From: Snowella sp.
GTDB taxonomy: Bacteria; Cyanobacteriota; Cyanobacteriia; Cyanobacteriales; Microcystaceae
Assembly: GCA_035285545.1 (NCBI GenBank)
Contig: JAYKGY010000070.1
Span: 1 to 64,000, forward strand
Direction of reading: 5' to 3'
DNA length: 64,000 nucleotides
Shown: one piece after another, positions 36,848-49,068 of the stretch
How positions within the stretch are numbered: the first letter of the stretch is position 1
Layout: every line of letters begins with the position of its first letter
Made by a program: the position numbers and the translations under genes
Notes under the pieces: model-generated
Seen by the model: the letters and a program-made list of their open reading frames with translations, nothing else
Databases searched by the model: none
Told to the model about the DNA's origin: nothing

Positions 36848-39800
36848 ATGACTAACCCCAATTCAAATCCCCCTCCTAATCGAAGGACACCGAATTCCCG
36901 ATTGACGGGCGCAATGCAGCGGCTGGCGAGGCCGTCTACCTGGATTTGGGCGGGGGTTGGCAGTGTTGTGGCGATCGCGGGATTTGTAGGAGTCCAACAG
37001 TTCACCTATCAACGACTACCCCGCTTATTAGAGTCCGAATTATCGCGATTATTACAACGTCCGGTTAAAATTGGCGAAGTTGAAAGCTTAACCTTCAACC
37101 AACTCCGTCTCGGCCCGTCTAGGGTTCCTCCGACTCCCACTGACCCCAACACCCTTACCATTCCTTCCACCAGGGTTACGTTTAATCCATTGGGGTATTT
37201 GGTTGGCAAACCCCTATTATTTGACGCAGAACTCATCAATCCCACTCTCTATCTACAGCAGGATAAAAACGGGCAATGGCTCCAATTGCAGCAGCCCCCC
37301 GGAGAAGGGAAATTAAATCTTTTGCTCGATGCCAATCTGTCCTTAAAAAATGCTCAGGTGGTGCTCAAACCCTATGGGAAAACAGGGACAATTCCGATCA
37401 ATGTGGTGGGGGATATCCGTTACCAAAATGATTTGGACAAACAACACCAATGGCTCGAATATAATGTCGCGATCGCCTTTAAAAATTCCCAACTCACCGC
37501 CCAGGGAAGTACCTATCTGGAAACGGGGCAAACCCAAGTTGCGTTAAAGCTGAATAAAGCCAGCCTACCTGAACTAACAGCGTTAATTCCCAATTTTCCC
37601 GCTGTGGTAAGTCAGGGCATTGGCAATGGAAACGTTAACCTAAATCTCCCTAGTACAGACCAATTAGCCCAAACCCAGACGTTAGGAAATTTAGCGTTAA
37701 ATAATGTCAAAGCAAAAATTGCGACCTTTAAAGATCCCCTACAAGTCAATTTAAATTTAGCATTACAAGGCCAACAAATTGTCATTCAACAGGGCAAACT
37801 TCGCTTAGGAAAACTGATTGCCGATCTCGGTGGTTTTATTGACTGGAAAACTGGCTATAATCTCAGCCTTAAAACCAATACCTTAAGTGTTCAAGATACC
37901 TTTAATACCTTTTCCATTAAAACCAATTTAGTTCCTGGGGGGAATATTCAAGGAACGTTTAAAATCACAGGTTTTTTGGGTAATCCCCTGGTTACTGGAA
38001 CATTAGTCAATAAAAGTCAATTAACCGTTGATAAGATTAATATTAAAACGTTTAATGCGGCAATTCGGGCGAATTTAAATCAAGTCTTGTTGCCCAACGT
38101 GGTTATTCAACCGACCCAAGGGGGAACCATTCTGGCGAACGGTCGAGTCGATATTAATCTCCGCAATTCTATCGAGCAAAATAAACCGATTCGTTGGCAA
38201 ACGATGCCTCTAGTGATCAATTTTCAAGGGCAATTACCCATCGAACCGATCATTCAACCCTACTATGTACCGCCGAGTAATGTGCGTCTAGCTCCCGTTC
38301 GTACCACAGGACGCATTCAAGGGACGTTAGCCAAAGCCGCGACTCGTATTCAATGGGTGTCTCTCCAGCCCAATCGAGTTGCCCAGGTTCCGGTTAACGG
38401 CCGGGGGGAAATCCTTTTATTTGATGAAAACCTAATCCTCCGCAATACGGTTTTACAAACGGATTCAGGGACGTTGGTGGTAGATGGGACAACCAATTTT
38501 AAGCGCGATCGCTGGCAAGCGACGGTTCAAGCCAATCAGTTTACGGTTACGCCTTTTTTAAATGCCTTTTGCCAACAAAATCTGATCCCCGACTGTCCAA
38601 CGGGGTTACGAACGGAACCGTTAACGATTACGACGGCAAATGTTACGGTAGGGGGAGAATTTGACCGTTTTGATCCCAATCGGTGGCAAGGATCGGGCAA
38701 TTTAACCTTGAGGGGACGAACCGAAGCGATCGCGGTGGAAGGCCGATTCAATCAGGGCAATCTTCAAGCGGATGTCGTGGCGACCAATGTGCGGCTCAAT
38801 CCCTATCTGGCACAACTCACCGTTCCGGTTACCGTCCAGCGGACCCAAGCCCAAGTATCGGGATCATTAAAGACCCTATGGACAGCGCAGGGCTTAAACC
38901 TCAACGATCTGCAAGGGAATGCCAAGGTTCAATTAACCGTTGCCAATAATCCCATTACGGCCAACGCCAGTTTAAATCAAGGTGTCCTGAAAACGGCCGC
39001 GAGTCTTAGTTCCATTCCCCTCAATGGACTGATCCCCAATTTACCTGTTCAGACCCGTTTAGTTAGCGGTAATGTTAATCTGGCGGGAAATTGGTCAGAT
39101 TATCGCGATTTCAATTTAAGACCCTTAACCGGCAATGCCAATCTCCGTTTAACCTTTGCGGGGAGTCCCGTTAACCTGAGAAGTGAAATTGATCAGGGGC
39201 AAGCTACCGCGATCGCCGATTTTGGCCGTCTTTCCCTCACTCGACTTATTCCTAACCTAAAGACCCCCGCCAGTGTTACCCAGGGGCGAATCACCGCAAC
39301 AGCAGATTTAGAACAGGTTTTAAACCCTAACCCGAACTTCCAAAGTCTAGACGCGATCGCCGATATTCAAGGCACAATTGATGGTTTAGCCGTTTCTACC
39401 ACCACTGCCTTAAACAATAATCGCTGGCAAAGCCTGATCCAGACCACTAGCCGCAATGGAGGGGGAACTTTACCGAGTTTACCACCCGAAATCAGCCGCT
39501 TAATAACCGATAACTTTACTGCTAATTTACGCTTATCGGGGCCCCTCGCTCCCCTATTGACCCAGACTCCCACCTTACCCATTCGAGCCGAAGCCGTTTC
39601 TATCCGTTCAGGGCAAAAAACCGTACAAGCCCAAGGGAATTTAGTTTTAGCCCAACTCTTTAGCAATCCCCAACTGGGTCAGGTTAACTTGGCTGTTCAG
39701 GCTAATTCCTCCTTGAATGATCCCCTGGTCAATCGGCTAATTCAAAATGCCTTGGCCAATGTAAACCCACGGTTTCGTCCCGCTGAAGTCAAACTGGCCG

Positions 39801-42748
39801 GTTCAGCTAATTTTGTGGGCAATATCCAGGGAACCCAAGTGACTTCCTTAGATAATCTCCGTTTAGCAGGCAATGTCACCCTCAATAATTTCGTTTTTAA
39901 TGATCAACGGTTTGAACCGCAATTGGCAGGAACCGTAAAGATTCAAGGAACGGATCGCTTAGCCCTCAATTTACAAGGCCAAGAAGATGTTATTGCGCTC
40001 ACCTTAGAATCCTGTGCCCGTTGTGCCTTTCCCTACATGCCAGTGGCCTTTAATCTTCGTCAAACCTATGGCGATACTATCCCCCTCATTGCGGAAGGAA
40101 TCCGTCAAGGCGATCGCCTGGCGATAACGATCACCGAATTTCCCTTAGCCGTTCTCAATCTACCAGCCTATAACTTTCCGGGGACGGTACAAGGAAGCCT
40201 GAATGCCCAACTGAATTTAAATATTACTAACCTAACGGGACGGGGAAAGGTTCAAATACAAAATTTAGGGGTCGGCAATTTGGTAGCGGATAATTTCAGT
40301 ACCGAAATTGATTATCAAAATAATTTTCTGCAATTTAATAACACGACGTTACGCTTAGGAGACAGTGACTATCGCTTTAGTGCAGGATTAAATCTGCAAA
40401 ATCAAGCTATTCAAGCCCGTTTAAGCATTAAACAAGGCCGTATCCAAAATTTATTAACGGCCTTACAAGTGTCCGATGTGGACTCTTTAATTCGCCTTTT
40501 CCAATTTGATCCCCGGAATTATGCCGATGCCCAACAAGTTCCCCCTGTCTCCGTAGGCCGACCCAATGCGCCTCTCTCAGAGCAACTTAATTTGTTGTAT
40601 TACATTGACCAAACCATTCGGCAATTGGCCCAACGCTATGAACAAGGCGGGATTCCCAATGAATTACGGATTGAAGGACTGGTCAACGCGGAGATTGCCC
40701 TTTCCGGAACCCTGACGCAACCCCAAATTGATATGGATGTGAGTGGAGAAAATTGGAGTTGGTATCCCCAGCCCGCTTTTCCGGCCATTATTCCTCCCTT
40801 GGGGTTGGTGATGACCGATAGTCGTTTTATTCCGATTCATCGTGTCAATTTACAAGCCAGTTTAACGGATGGGGTTTTAACGGTTCAACCGTCTTCTATT
40901 CAAGTTAAAAATTCCCTCCTGTCTCTGGAAGGAAACTTTTCTACCCAACAAAATTCAGCAATTTGGGAAATTGAAAATTTATCCCTGGATACGATTAATA
41001 CGTTGGTGCGCTTACCGGCGGATATTACGGGAGATATTAATGCCCAAGGCAGTATTACAGGCACCCTCACCAGACCTCAACTCCGGGGCGAATTTTCGTT
41101 TGTGAATGCTGCGGTGAATGCTCGCCCCATTGAACAGCGCATTGCCGGCAATTTTAACTACAGCGGCGATCGCTTACAGGTCATTACCGAACAGGACTCT
41201 CCCCTCTTTGCCTATGCAAGTATCCCCTATTCATTCGGGCCGAAACCCCAAAATGCCCCCCATAAAACCGAGCAATTTGAAGCCAGAGTTAGACTGAATA
41301 CGGACGCGCTCAAACTCTTAGGCGCTTTGACCCAAGATCAACTTGTCTGGCTGGGTGGTACCGGAGAAGTCAACCTATCTGCTGTCGGAAATTTAGAGAT
41401 TAATAATCAAGTCCGCCTCTCTGACTTTACAGCCCAAGGCTCCGTGACCTTACAGGATGCGGTTTTCCAAAGTCCAATCCTCCCTAGTCCCATCACGATG
41501 ACGGGGCAAATCAATTTAGATAATCGCTTAATTCGTGTTCAACAATTAGCAGGAACCTTCGCCCAAAGTCAGTTAATAATTGCCGGCGATCTCCCAATTT
41601 TTAGACCCCAAGAGACTCTAGAAAACCCCCTCAATTTAGTCATTAGTAAGGCAACATTAGACATTAATAATCTTTATCGAGGAGACTTAGAAGGCAACGT
41701 CATTGTCAAGGGGAGTGCCTTTGCGCCCGTCCTAAGTGGAGCCATTCAGTTAGCCAATGGACAAGTCTTTTTACCGGAACAGGTTGCCACCCAACCCGAT
41801 CAACTCATCAACCCCTGGTCTCGTCCCCGACAAACCAGAGCCTTAATTGTCCCCCGATTAGATAACCTGCAAATTAGCTTAAATAATCTCTTTATTGAGC
41901 AAGTTCCGTTATATGACTTTTCCTTTGGCGGTCAGTTAGCCCTGAATGGTTCTTTAGAGGATCTCAATCGCATTGAACCCCAAGGCGCGATTACCTTAAA
42001 TCGGGGACGAATTAGTTTTCTCGATACCCGTTTTCTCCTCGAAAGACGCTATGCCAATGAGATTGTATTTAGGCCCAATCAGGGGATCTTTAATCCCGAT
42101 CTCAATATTAGGATGCGGACGATTGTTTCTGAATTACCGCAATCCCAACGCCTCCGTTCGGCAGATAGCAGTGAGATTCCCGACGACACCTTGAATCGAG
42201 TACAACGGATCGATATTAATTTAGCGGTCAATGGATCGTTAAATCAATTACTGCCGAATCTGAATCAAAAGGATGCGAATATTTGTCGCTCTGCGAATGA
42301 ATTTCAACCCTTTACAAATACGGCGAATATCTCTAGAGAAAAACTGAATCAATTATCGACCTGCCTACAGGCTCTGACAACCCAGGGAGAAAATAATTCT
42401 CAACTGTTATCCAATCCCGCCATTCAACTATCCAGTAGCCCTCCCCGCAGTCAGGGGGAAATTGTGCGTTTATTAGGAGAACAATTTATCGTTTTAGCTG
42501 ATGCTTTACAGGGAAAAAGTACCGGACAACTGCTTCAATATGGGATTACTCAGTTAGCCATTCCGATGGTTTTCCAAGGCATTGTTTATGATATTGAAAC
42601 AACCATTAGTAGCTGGGTGGGGAGTACGGATATTCGAGTGGTTCCTTATTTGGAAGCGATTTATGAAGTTGATAAAAATAGCTACGTCCGTTTTTCCTAC
42701 GACTATAATTTTAATGAAGTCAGAGTCCGTTATGAACAACAATTTTAA
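36848..42748 (+). CDS. tamB: Translocation and assembly module TamB (AsmA-like/DUF490)
   Basis: N-terminal TM anchor, long beta-rich repeats, C-terminal LSSSPPRSQGEI and VRYEQQF. Confidence 0.85.
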   Translation: MTNPNSNPPPNRRTPNSRLTGAMQRLARPSTWIWAGVGSVVAIAGFVGVQQFTYQRLPRLLESELSRLLQRPVKIGEVESLTFNQLRLGPSRVPPTPTDPNTLTIPSTRVTFNPLGYLVGKPLLFDAELINPTLYLQQDKNGQWLQLQQPPGEGKLNLLLDANLSLKNAQVVLKPYGKTGTIPINVVGDIRYQNDLDKQHQWLEYNVAIAFKNSQLTAQGSTYLETGQTQVALKLNKASLPELTALIPNFPAVVSQGIGNGNVNLNLPSTDQLAQTQTLGNLALNNVKAKIATFKDPLQVNLNLALQGQQIVIQQGKLRLGKLIADLGGFIDWKTGYNLSLKTNTLSVQDTFNTFSIKTNLVPGGNIQGTFKITGFLGNPLVTGTLVNKSQLTVDKINIKTFNAAIRANLNQVLLPNVVIQPTQGGTILANGRVDINLRNSIEQNKPIRWQTMPLVINFQGQLPIEPIIQPYYVPPSNVRLAPVRTTGRIQGTLAKAATRIQWVSLQPNRVAQVPVNGRGEILLFDENLILRNTVLQTDSGTLVVDGTTNFKRDRWQATVQANQFTVTPFLNAFCQQNLIPDCPTGLRTEPLTITTANVTVGGEFDRFDPNRWQGSGNLTLRGRTEAIAVEGRFNQGNLQADVVATNVRLNPYLAQLTVPVTVQRTQAQVSGSLKTLWTAQGLNLNDLQGNAKVQLTVANNPITANASLNQGVLKTAASLSSIPLNGLIPNLPVQTRLVSGNVNLAGNWSDYRDFNLRPLTGNANLRLTFAGSPVNLRSEIDQGQATAIADFGRLSLTRLIPNLKTPASVTQGRITATADLEQVLNPNPNFQSLDAIADIQGTIDGLAVSTTTALNNNRWQSLIQTTSRNGGGTLPSLPPEISRLITDNFTANLRLSGPLAPLLTQTPTLPIRAEAVSIRSGQKTVQAQGNLVLAQLFSNPQLGQVNLAVQANSSLNDPLVNRLIQNALANVNPRFRPAEVKLAGSANFVGNIQGTQVTSLDNLRLAGNVTLNNFVFNDQRFEPQLAGTVKIQGTDRLALNLQGQEDVIALTLESCARCAFPYMPVAFNLRQTYGDTIPLIAEGIRQGDRLAITITEFPLAVLNLPAYNFPGTVQGSLNAQLNLNITNLTGRGKVQIQNLGVGNLVADNFSTEIDYQNNFLQFNNTTLRLGDSDYRFSAGLNLQNQAIQARLSIKQGRIQNLLTALQVSDVDSLIRLFQFDPRNYADAQQVPPVSVGRPNAPLSEQLNLLYYIDQTIRQLAQRYEQGGIPNELRIEGLVNAEIALSGTLTQPQIDMDVSGENWSWYPQPAFPAIIPPLGLVMTDSRFIPIHRVNLQASLTDGVLTVQPSSIQVKNSLLSLEGNFSTQQNSAIWEIENLSLDTINTLVRLPADITGDINAQGSITGTLTRPQLRGEFSFVNAAVNARPIEQRIAGNFNYSGDRLQVITEQDSPLFAYASIPYSFGPKPQNAPHKTEQFEARVRLNTDALKLLGALTQDQLVWLGGTGEVNLSAVGNLEINNQVRLSDFTAQGSVTLQDAVFQSPILPSPITMTGQINLDNRLIRVQQLAGTFAQSQLIIAGDLPIFRPQETLENPLNLVISKATLDINNLYRGDLEGNVIVKGSAFAPVLSGAIQLANGQVFLPEQVATQPDQLINPWSRPRQTRALIVPRLDNLQISLNNLFIEQVPLYDFSFGGQLALNGSLEDLNRIEPQGAITLNRGRISFLDTRFLLERRYANEIVFRPNQGIFNPDLNIRMRTIVSELPQSQRLRSADSSEIPDDTLNRVQRIDINLAVNGSLNQLLPNLNQKDANICRSANEFQPFTNTANISREKLNQLSTCLQALTTQGENNSQLLSNPAIQLSSSPPRSQGEIVRLLGEQFIVLADALQGKSTGQLLQYGITQLAIPMVFQGIVYDIETTISSWVGSTDIRVVPYLEAIYEVDKNSYVRFSYDYNFNEVRVRYEQQF

Positions 42749-42872
42749 TTGGCTTTGATAGTAGTCTTCATGGGATAGAAAGCTTGGCCCAAGAACGGGG
42801 AAGATGACGGGATATCACCCTTGACCGTTCTAAAGCGTTAATCCAAGAAATCCATTAGTATTACTATCAGTC

Positions 42873-43607
42873 CTACCTTGCCCAATCCGTCATGCGCCAG
42901 ATTCCAATAAACCAAACCCCCGCAATTAGGGCACCCACATTCCATTTGATAGAGCGTTTTAATAAACTCAATTGTTGATTTGCTCGAGCTTCTTTGACTT
43001 GCGCTTTGAGCTTTTCTTCAGAACCCGCAATAAAAGTTGTTAGATCTTGTTTAATATTTTCTACGGATTCCCCTGGGTTGGGCGTAATTGCAATCCCACC
43101 GCGTTGTAAGGTTCTAATAATACCTTGGAGTTGCGCCTCGTTATCGACCCCTGATAATTGACTTTTGACTTCTCTGATTTGGGTTATCTGTTTATCTAAT
43201 TGGCCCGTAAACTGAGAAGTATTAATTTCATTAATCCGAACAGTATTAATCACCCCTAAAGGAACCATTAAACAATACAAAATTCCCAGCAGTAAGGTTA
43301 GCCAAGACAAAAATCCGACTAAACGGGATTCCCAAATCCTTCGTCCAGAATTTGCTCCTGTAAAAATCAAAACAAATCCTAATAAAGGAACAACAACTTT
43401 TTCAACCAACGCACCAATTGTTTGAAATTCCCACAAGGGATTCATAAATTGTAAGGGGGTTAAAGTATCAGCCCAATCGAAGATTGTAAAGAGTAATAAG
43501 CCATAGCCTAGCCAACGCAAAATGCCGACGGCTTGCCGAAAACTATAATCAATTTCTTTAATGTCTTCTACTGAATGGCTCAACGTATCGTTATCTACAG
43601 GAAACAT
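42873..43607 (-). CDS. HpsJ-like protein, cyanoexosortase-associated (copy 2)
   Basis: LRWLGYG, NPLWEFQTIGALVEKV and KRSIKWNVGALI motifs. Confidence 0.8.
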   Translation of the reverse strand: MFPVDNDTLSHSVEDIKEIDYSFRQAVGILRWLGYGLLLFTIFDWADTLTPLQFMNPLWEFQTIGALVEKVVVPLLGFVLIFTGANSGRRIWESRLVGFLSWLTLLLGILYCLMVPLGVINTVRINEINTSQFTGQLDKQITQIREVKSQLSGVDNEAQLQGIIRTLQRGGIAITPNPGESVENIKQDLTTFIAGSEEKLKAQVKEARANQQLSLLKRSIKWNVGALIAGVWFIGIWRMTDWAR

Positions 43608-43664
43608 ACAATAATTAGAATGGGTTACAAAAAAATCAATAATTTGATTAAATCAATTGGTTAA

Positions 43665-44414
43665 TTAAATTTGGAGTCCTTCAAAATAGGGTTGCCACCA
43701 CTGATTCCAAGAAATCCAGATTTTTTCTAAGGTTGGATAATAAGACGATGGTGAACTCGAATCAGTTCCACTGAGGGAAATGTCTATCCATAAACACCGA
43801 TTATCTAACAGGGATGTTTTCCCGATCGCGATCGGCAATAAACGTTCTAAACGCAAGTCAGAGGAATAGCGAACCTGTAAAAATTGTTCACGCTTAAAAA
43901 TACTACCACCACGGGGCGTTAAACAAGTGGTTAGGTGGGCTTGCTGATCTTGACTAAACAAACCGTAGGAACCAAGCCCTTCTTTATTACGAATAACTAA
44001 AGAATCCGGCACGTTTTTATGATAATAAGTCAAAAAAGCTTTAACATCCCCAATAGAAGGAGCAAAATAACGCATTTTGACGGTTAATACTTGATTGCCC
44101 TGTCGATACTGATATATTTTTCCATTGACGAAACTTAAAAGTTTATCCGCTTCGGGCTGGGACAATTGAGCTACTTTTTCCGCATCAGAAGTCTTCTCCA
44201 ATTGCCAATCGACTAAGGGAACCTCCGAGGGAAAGGGTAACGGATTCACCGTATTAGGGTTAGGGTAAAAAACCACTTTGATTAACGTTAGGGCAGCTCC
44301 TCCTAACAAAAGCCCTAACAAAACTTTTCGCCATTGGCTTAAGGGGGGGGAAGTCACTGTTTCGGCGAAAGGATCGTGATCTTCAGTTGTTTTCGGATCA
44401 TCTGAAAGCTTCAT
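43665..44414 (-). CDS. Cyanoexosortase A system-associated protein (copy 2)
   Basis: FPSEVPLVDWQ, HLTTCLTPRG and DNRCLW motifs; ATGA overlap with crtA. Confidence 0.8.
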   Translation of the reverse strand: MKLSDDPKTTEDHDPFAETVTSPPLSQWRKVLLGLLLGGAALTLIKVVFYPNPNTVNPLPFPSEVPLVDWQLEKTSDAEKVAQLSQPEADKLLSFVNGKIYQYRQGNQVLTVKMRYFAPSIGDVKAFLTYYHKNVPDSLVIRNKEGLGSYGLFSQDQQAHLTTCLTPRGGSIFKREQFLQVRYSSDLRLERLLPIAIGKTSLLDNRCLWIDISLSGTDSSSPSSYYPTLEKIWISWNQWWQPYFEGLQI

Positions 44415-45259
44415 GTTGAATGGGGTTCTTGACGTAAAAGATAGAGATAAAATGAGCCAAAAATAACAACAACGGTAAAGGTAAAGGCTAACGATCCCGT
44501 TCCTTCGTGCCAATATTCAAAAGCTTGAGGATTATGGGGACTGAGAATCGCTAATAAGCCGACACGAAATAAATTCATAATGAAGGCTAGTGCTAAAGCA
44601 ATTAAAGGCACAATCACCATGGTTTGACGCTGAGATAGGGGAAATAAAATCAAAAAAATTATAGAGACTTTGAATAAATAAATCAGATTGGCTACCCCAG
44701 CACAGGCATCGTTAACAATAATTCCACCTGACGGAAAAAAGAGTTGATTGCCTTCAATAGAAACCTGAAAACCCAGATACCATAGGGTAAATCCCACAAT
44801 TTTCGCAATAATTAAAGATAAAGTCGGAGCAATATTCAAAATTCCCACACCTAATTCTTGGGGAATGGCTAAAAGTCCCAGAAGAATAAATTCCCGCCAA
44901 TATTGCCCCAAGCCTTTAAAACCTGAAGCGACTAACGCTAATCCGAACCCTCCGACAAGGGGCATAAAACTCAACCCTGGGTTTGTCGTTGCATTCACAC
45001 TCCGCATTAACACGATCGCGATGAGCAAGGTTCCCACTAACGTAGACCCTAAATCACTGTTTAACTGGAGGGATTGACTTTTGCGTTGAATCAAAGACGC
45101 GATCGCGAACCAAATGAGAATCGTTAACCCTAAAAAATCCGGTTGCCCAGCTCTATCGGTCAATGTAAAATGAATCGCCACTAAACAACCCGCTAACCCT
45201 AATAACCAAAATTGGGGCGTTTTGAGGTCTTCTGCCGTTGGCAACGAAAAAAGATTCAT
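44411..45259 (-). CDS. crtA: Cyanoexosortase A (copy 2)
   Basis: Catalytic NDACAG, NLFR and EYWH motifs; multi-TM. Confidence 0.88.
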   Translation of the reverse strand: MNLFSLPTAEDLKTPQFWLLGLAGCLVAIHFTLTDRAGQPDFLGLTILIWFAIASLIQRKSQSLQLNSDLGSTLVGTLLIAIVLMRSVNATTNPGLSFMPLVGGFGLALVASGFKGLGQYWREFILLGLLAIPQELGVGILNIAPTLSLIIAKIVGFTLWYLGFQVSIEGNQLFFPSGGIIVNDACAGVANLIYLFKVSIIFLILFPLSQRQTMVIVPLIALALAFIMNLFRVGLLAILSPHNPQAFEYWHEGTGSLAFTFTVVVIFGSFYLYLLRQEPHST

Positions 45260-45414
45260 GATAATTTCCGAATATTCTGACGATCAAGCGTAGGGTTTTT
45301 CAGAAAATTTTCCACTCCGCCTTAACTCTGAGTATTGTAAAAGACAACTGCCCTAAAGGGGATTTTTTATTTTGTCAAACCATAGAAAAAATCATGAAAA
45401 ATCCAAATAGCCAT

Positions 45415-45448
45415 AGAAAAAAGACAGGCTAAAAAGGGCACTGTCTTC
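45415..45448 (-). terminator. Rho-independent terminator after rplY
   Basis: AAGACAG-loop-CTGTCTT stem followed by a T-run on the minus strand. Confidence 0.55.
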
Positions 45449-45480
45449 TGCATACGAATTAAAGTAGATTGAGTAAGTTC

Positions 45481-45801
45481 CTAAGCTTCGGTCGCTAAGG
45501 ATTCAGGATTGGCGATGTAGAAAAAGCTGAGATGGTAGAGTGTCCGCTTCCAAGGATGGGCTTGAACTTCGCGGATGACGGCTTTGCCTTCCCAAGACAG
45601 ATCGGGGACTTTCACATCGATCAGGGTTTCATTGACTTTGGCTTTTTTTAAAAGATTCGTTGCGTCTTTCGCATTAACGATTAAAGAGACGGATTCTCCT
45701 CCCTGATGGCCATAGAGATTGGCAGGAATTAATCCTTCACGACGTAAAGCATTCGGTTTACTATTTTCAGCGCGTTTTTGACATTCAATGGTAAGAGACA
45801 T
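45481..45801 (-). CDS. rplY: 50S ribosomal protein L25 (short form)
   Basis: LRREGLIPANLYG and EVQAHPWK motifs. Confidence 0.92.
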   Translation of the reverse strand: MSLTIECQKRAENSKPNALRREGLIPANLYGHQGGESVSLIVNAKDATNLLKKAKVNETLIDVKVPDLSWEGKAVIREVQAHPWKRTLYHLSFFYIANPESLATEA

Positions 45802-45862
45802 AGGATTTTAATAAGAAATTAAAGGTTAACAAGATTTCAGAGACTGAATTTAGACCCCTTGG

Positions 45863-47218
<1,356 letters not shown>

Positions 47219-47367
47219 TTAAAGTTCACACAAACTCTGATCATGACATTTAATAAGTTTCATGTCAACTTATTAATTTGATGAAAATTATAATGCCCAA
47301 AATAAGGCTTTTCTCGCGATCGCCGACTCAGGTAGAGTACAGTTAAGCAAAGATTTACGTTGATTGC

Positions 47368-48321
47368 ATGACTGTTGCACCGAGTTACTCCCTTATTATT
47401 CCGATCTATAACGAAGAAGCGAATATTGCAGAACTCTATCGTCGGGTTAAAGCCGTCATGGATCGTCTAGATCAGCCCGTGGAACTGATTTTAATTAACG
47501 ATGGAAGCCGAGACAATTCTTTAAAATTAATCCGAGATTTACAGCAACAGGATCACCGAGTCTGTTATCTCAGCCTAGCCCGTAACTTTGGCCATCAAAT
47601 TGCCGTCACCGCAGGGCTAAATTTTGCCAGGGGTCAAGCCGTTATTATCCTCGATGCCGATCTGCAAGATCCACCTGAATTAATTCCTGAACTCTTGGAA
47701 AAATGGCGACAGGGTTATCAAGTTGTCTACGCTCAACGAACAAAACGTAAACAAGAAGGCTGGTTCAAGCGGTTCACCGCCTATTTGTTTTATCGCTTGC
47801 TTCAACGATTAGCCGATGTCAATATCCCGACGGATACGGGAGATTTTTGCTTAATGGATCGGCAAGTCGTGGATTTATTAAATGTCATGCCCGAACGCAA
47901 CCGTTATATTCGCGGTTTACGTTCCTGGGTCGGGTTTCACCAAACCGCCATTCAATTTGAACGTGATCCCCGCTTTGCCGGCGAAGTAAAATATACCTTC
48001 CGTAAATCCTTTACCCTAGCGTTAAATAGCTTAGTCTCTTTCTCTCAAGTTCCTCTACGACTTTCGACCTATTTAGGGTTATTTTCTGCACTCTTGGCCT
48101 TATTAATGGCCTTATTAGTGCTTTATTGGCGGTTATCTGAAGCAAATTCTCGTATTACAGGCTTAGCCACCGTTGTCATTGCCATTTTATTTTTAGGCTC
48201 GGTGCAATTGGTTTGTATTGGGATTTTAGGGGAATATATTGGACGAATTTATGAAGAAGTCAAAGGCAGGCCCCTTTATACTTTGTCTGAAGTCAGTGGT
48301 TTTGAGAACGATATTGAGTAA
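47368..48321 (+). CDS. GtrB-like polyprenyl-phosphate glycosyltransferase (GT2)
   Basis: RNFGHQ and DADLQDPP motifs; two C-terminal TMs; GEYIGRIY. Confidence 0.88.
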   Translation: MTVAPSYSLIIPIYNEEANIAELYRRVKAVMDRLDQPVELILINDGSRDNSLKLIRDLQQQDHRVCYLSLARNFGHQIAVTAGLNFARGQAVIILDADLQDPPELIPELLEKWRQGYQVVYAQRTKRKQEGWFKRFTAYLFYRLLQRLADVNIPTDTGDFCLMDRQVVDLLNVMPERNRYIRGLRSWVGFHQTAIQFERDPRFAGEVKYTFRKSFTLALNSLVSFSQVPLRLSTYLGLFSALLALLMALLVLYWRLSEANSRITGLATVVIAILFLGSVQLVCIGILGEYIGRIYEEVKGRPLYTLSEVSGFENDIE

Positions 48322-48358
48322 GTCAATTTAATTAAAAGCAGAATCAGCTTTCTTGATA

Positions 48359-48441
48359 AGGACATAATGATATTATGTTCCTACGAATTTGTAGGGATTT
48401 CACACTGTTAAATCCTTTTGACGTTTTATTAGATTGTTCTA
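48359..48441. repeat. GTAG-type REP-like palindrome pair (copy 2)
   Basis: GGACATAATGATATTATGTTCCTAC...GTAGGGATTTCACACTGTTAAATCC; homologous to 21481-21566. Confidence 0.65.
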
Positions 48442-48456
48442 TTTATCTTTCCTAAG

Positions 48457-49038
48457 TTAAATTTTCAAACTGAGTAAATTAAATAAATCATTAGCCGAAA
48501 ACTGCCAATCTGAAAGTGTTTCTAGAACAGGTAAAAAATCATCACCTTCTTTAGAATCAGGTAATTTATCTCCCTGAAAAACTAAAACAATTCGGTCTTG
48601 AGGAGAGATTAACCAACCCAATTTTGTTCCATTTTTTAGCGAAAAACTAATTTTATTGATGAGTTTAATCGAAGATTGTTCAGGGGAAAGAATTTCGATA
48701 ATCCAATCGGGAAGAATTTCGATTTTATTCATGATTTCGCCTTGATCATCTAAGGGAATATTATTCCATTCAAAGACGGCAATATCAGGCACAATCGATC
48801 GCCCTGCAAAGGTACAACGGAGTTCAGGAAACGCATAAACCCGTTGGGCAGATTCGCCCCGCTGATTGATCTGATTTAAAAAGCGTCCTTGTAATAAACT
48901 ATGTTTCCCTTGGGGCATGGGTTTCTGTTCAATATGACCATTAATATATTCACTAGCAGGCTTAGTTTCAGGTAGTGCTAAGAACTCATCAAGGGATAGG
49001 TTTTTAGCTTTTAGGGGCGAAAAAGAAGCAATAGTCAT
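48457..49038 (-). CDS. Uma2 family endonuclease-like protein
   Basis: LPETKPASEY, VPDIAVF and PDWIIEILSP motifs. Confidence 0.9.
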   Translation of the reverse strand: MTIASFSPLKAKNLSLDEFLALPETKPASEYINGHIEQKPMPQGKHSLLQGRFLNQINQRGESAQRVYAFPELRCTFAGRSIVPDIAVFEWNNIPLDDQGEIMNKIEILPDWIIEILSPEQSSIKLINKISFSLKNGTKLGWLISPQDRIVLVFQGDKLPDSKEGDDFLPVLETLSDWQFSANDLFNLLSLKI

Positions 49039-49068
49039 ATTTCCAGCCAAAAATTAGAACATTAATAA

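Noticed and set aside
45381..45423. CATAGAAAAAA repeated twice upstream of crtA copy 2 and once at 27245-27256
   Set aside because: Low complexity, and one copy is the U-tract of the rplY terminator; insufficient evidence for an operator
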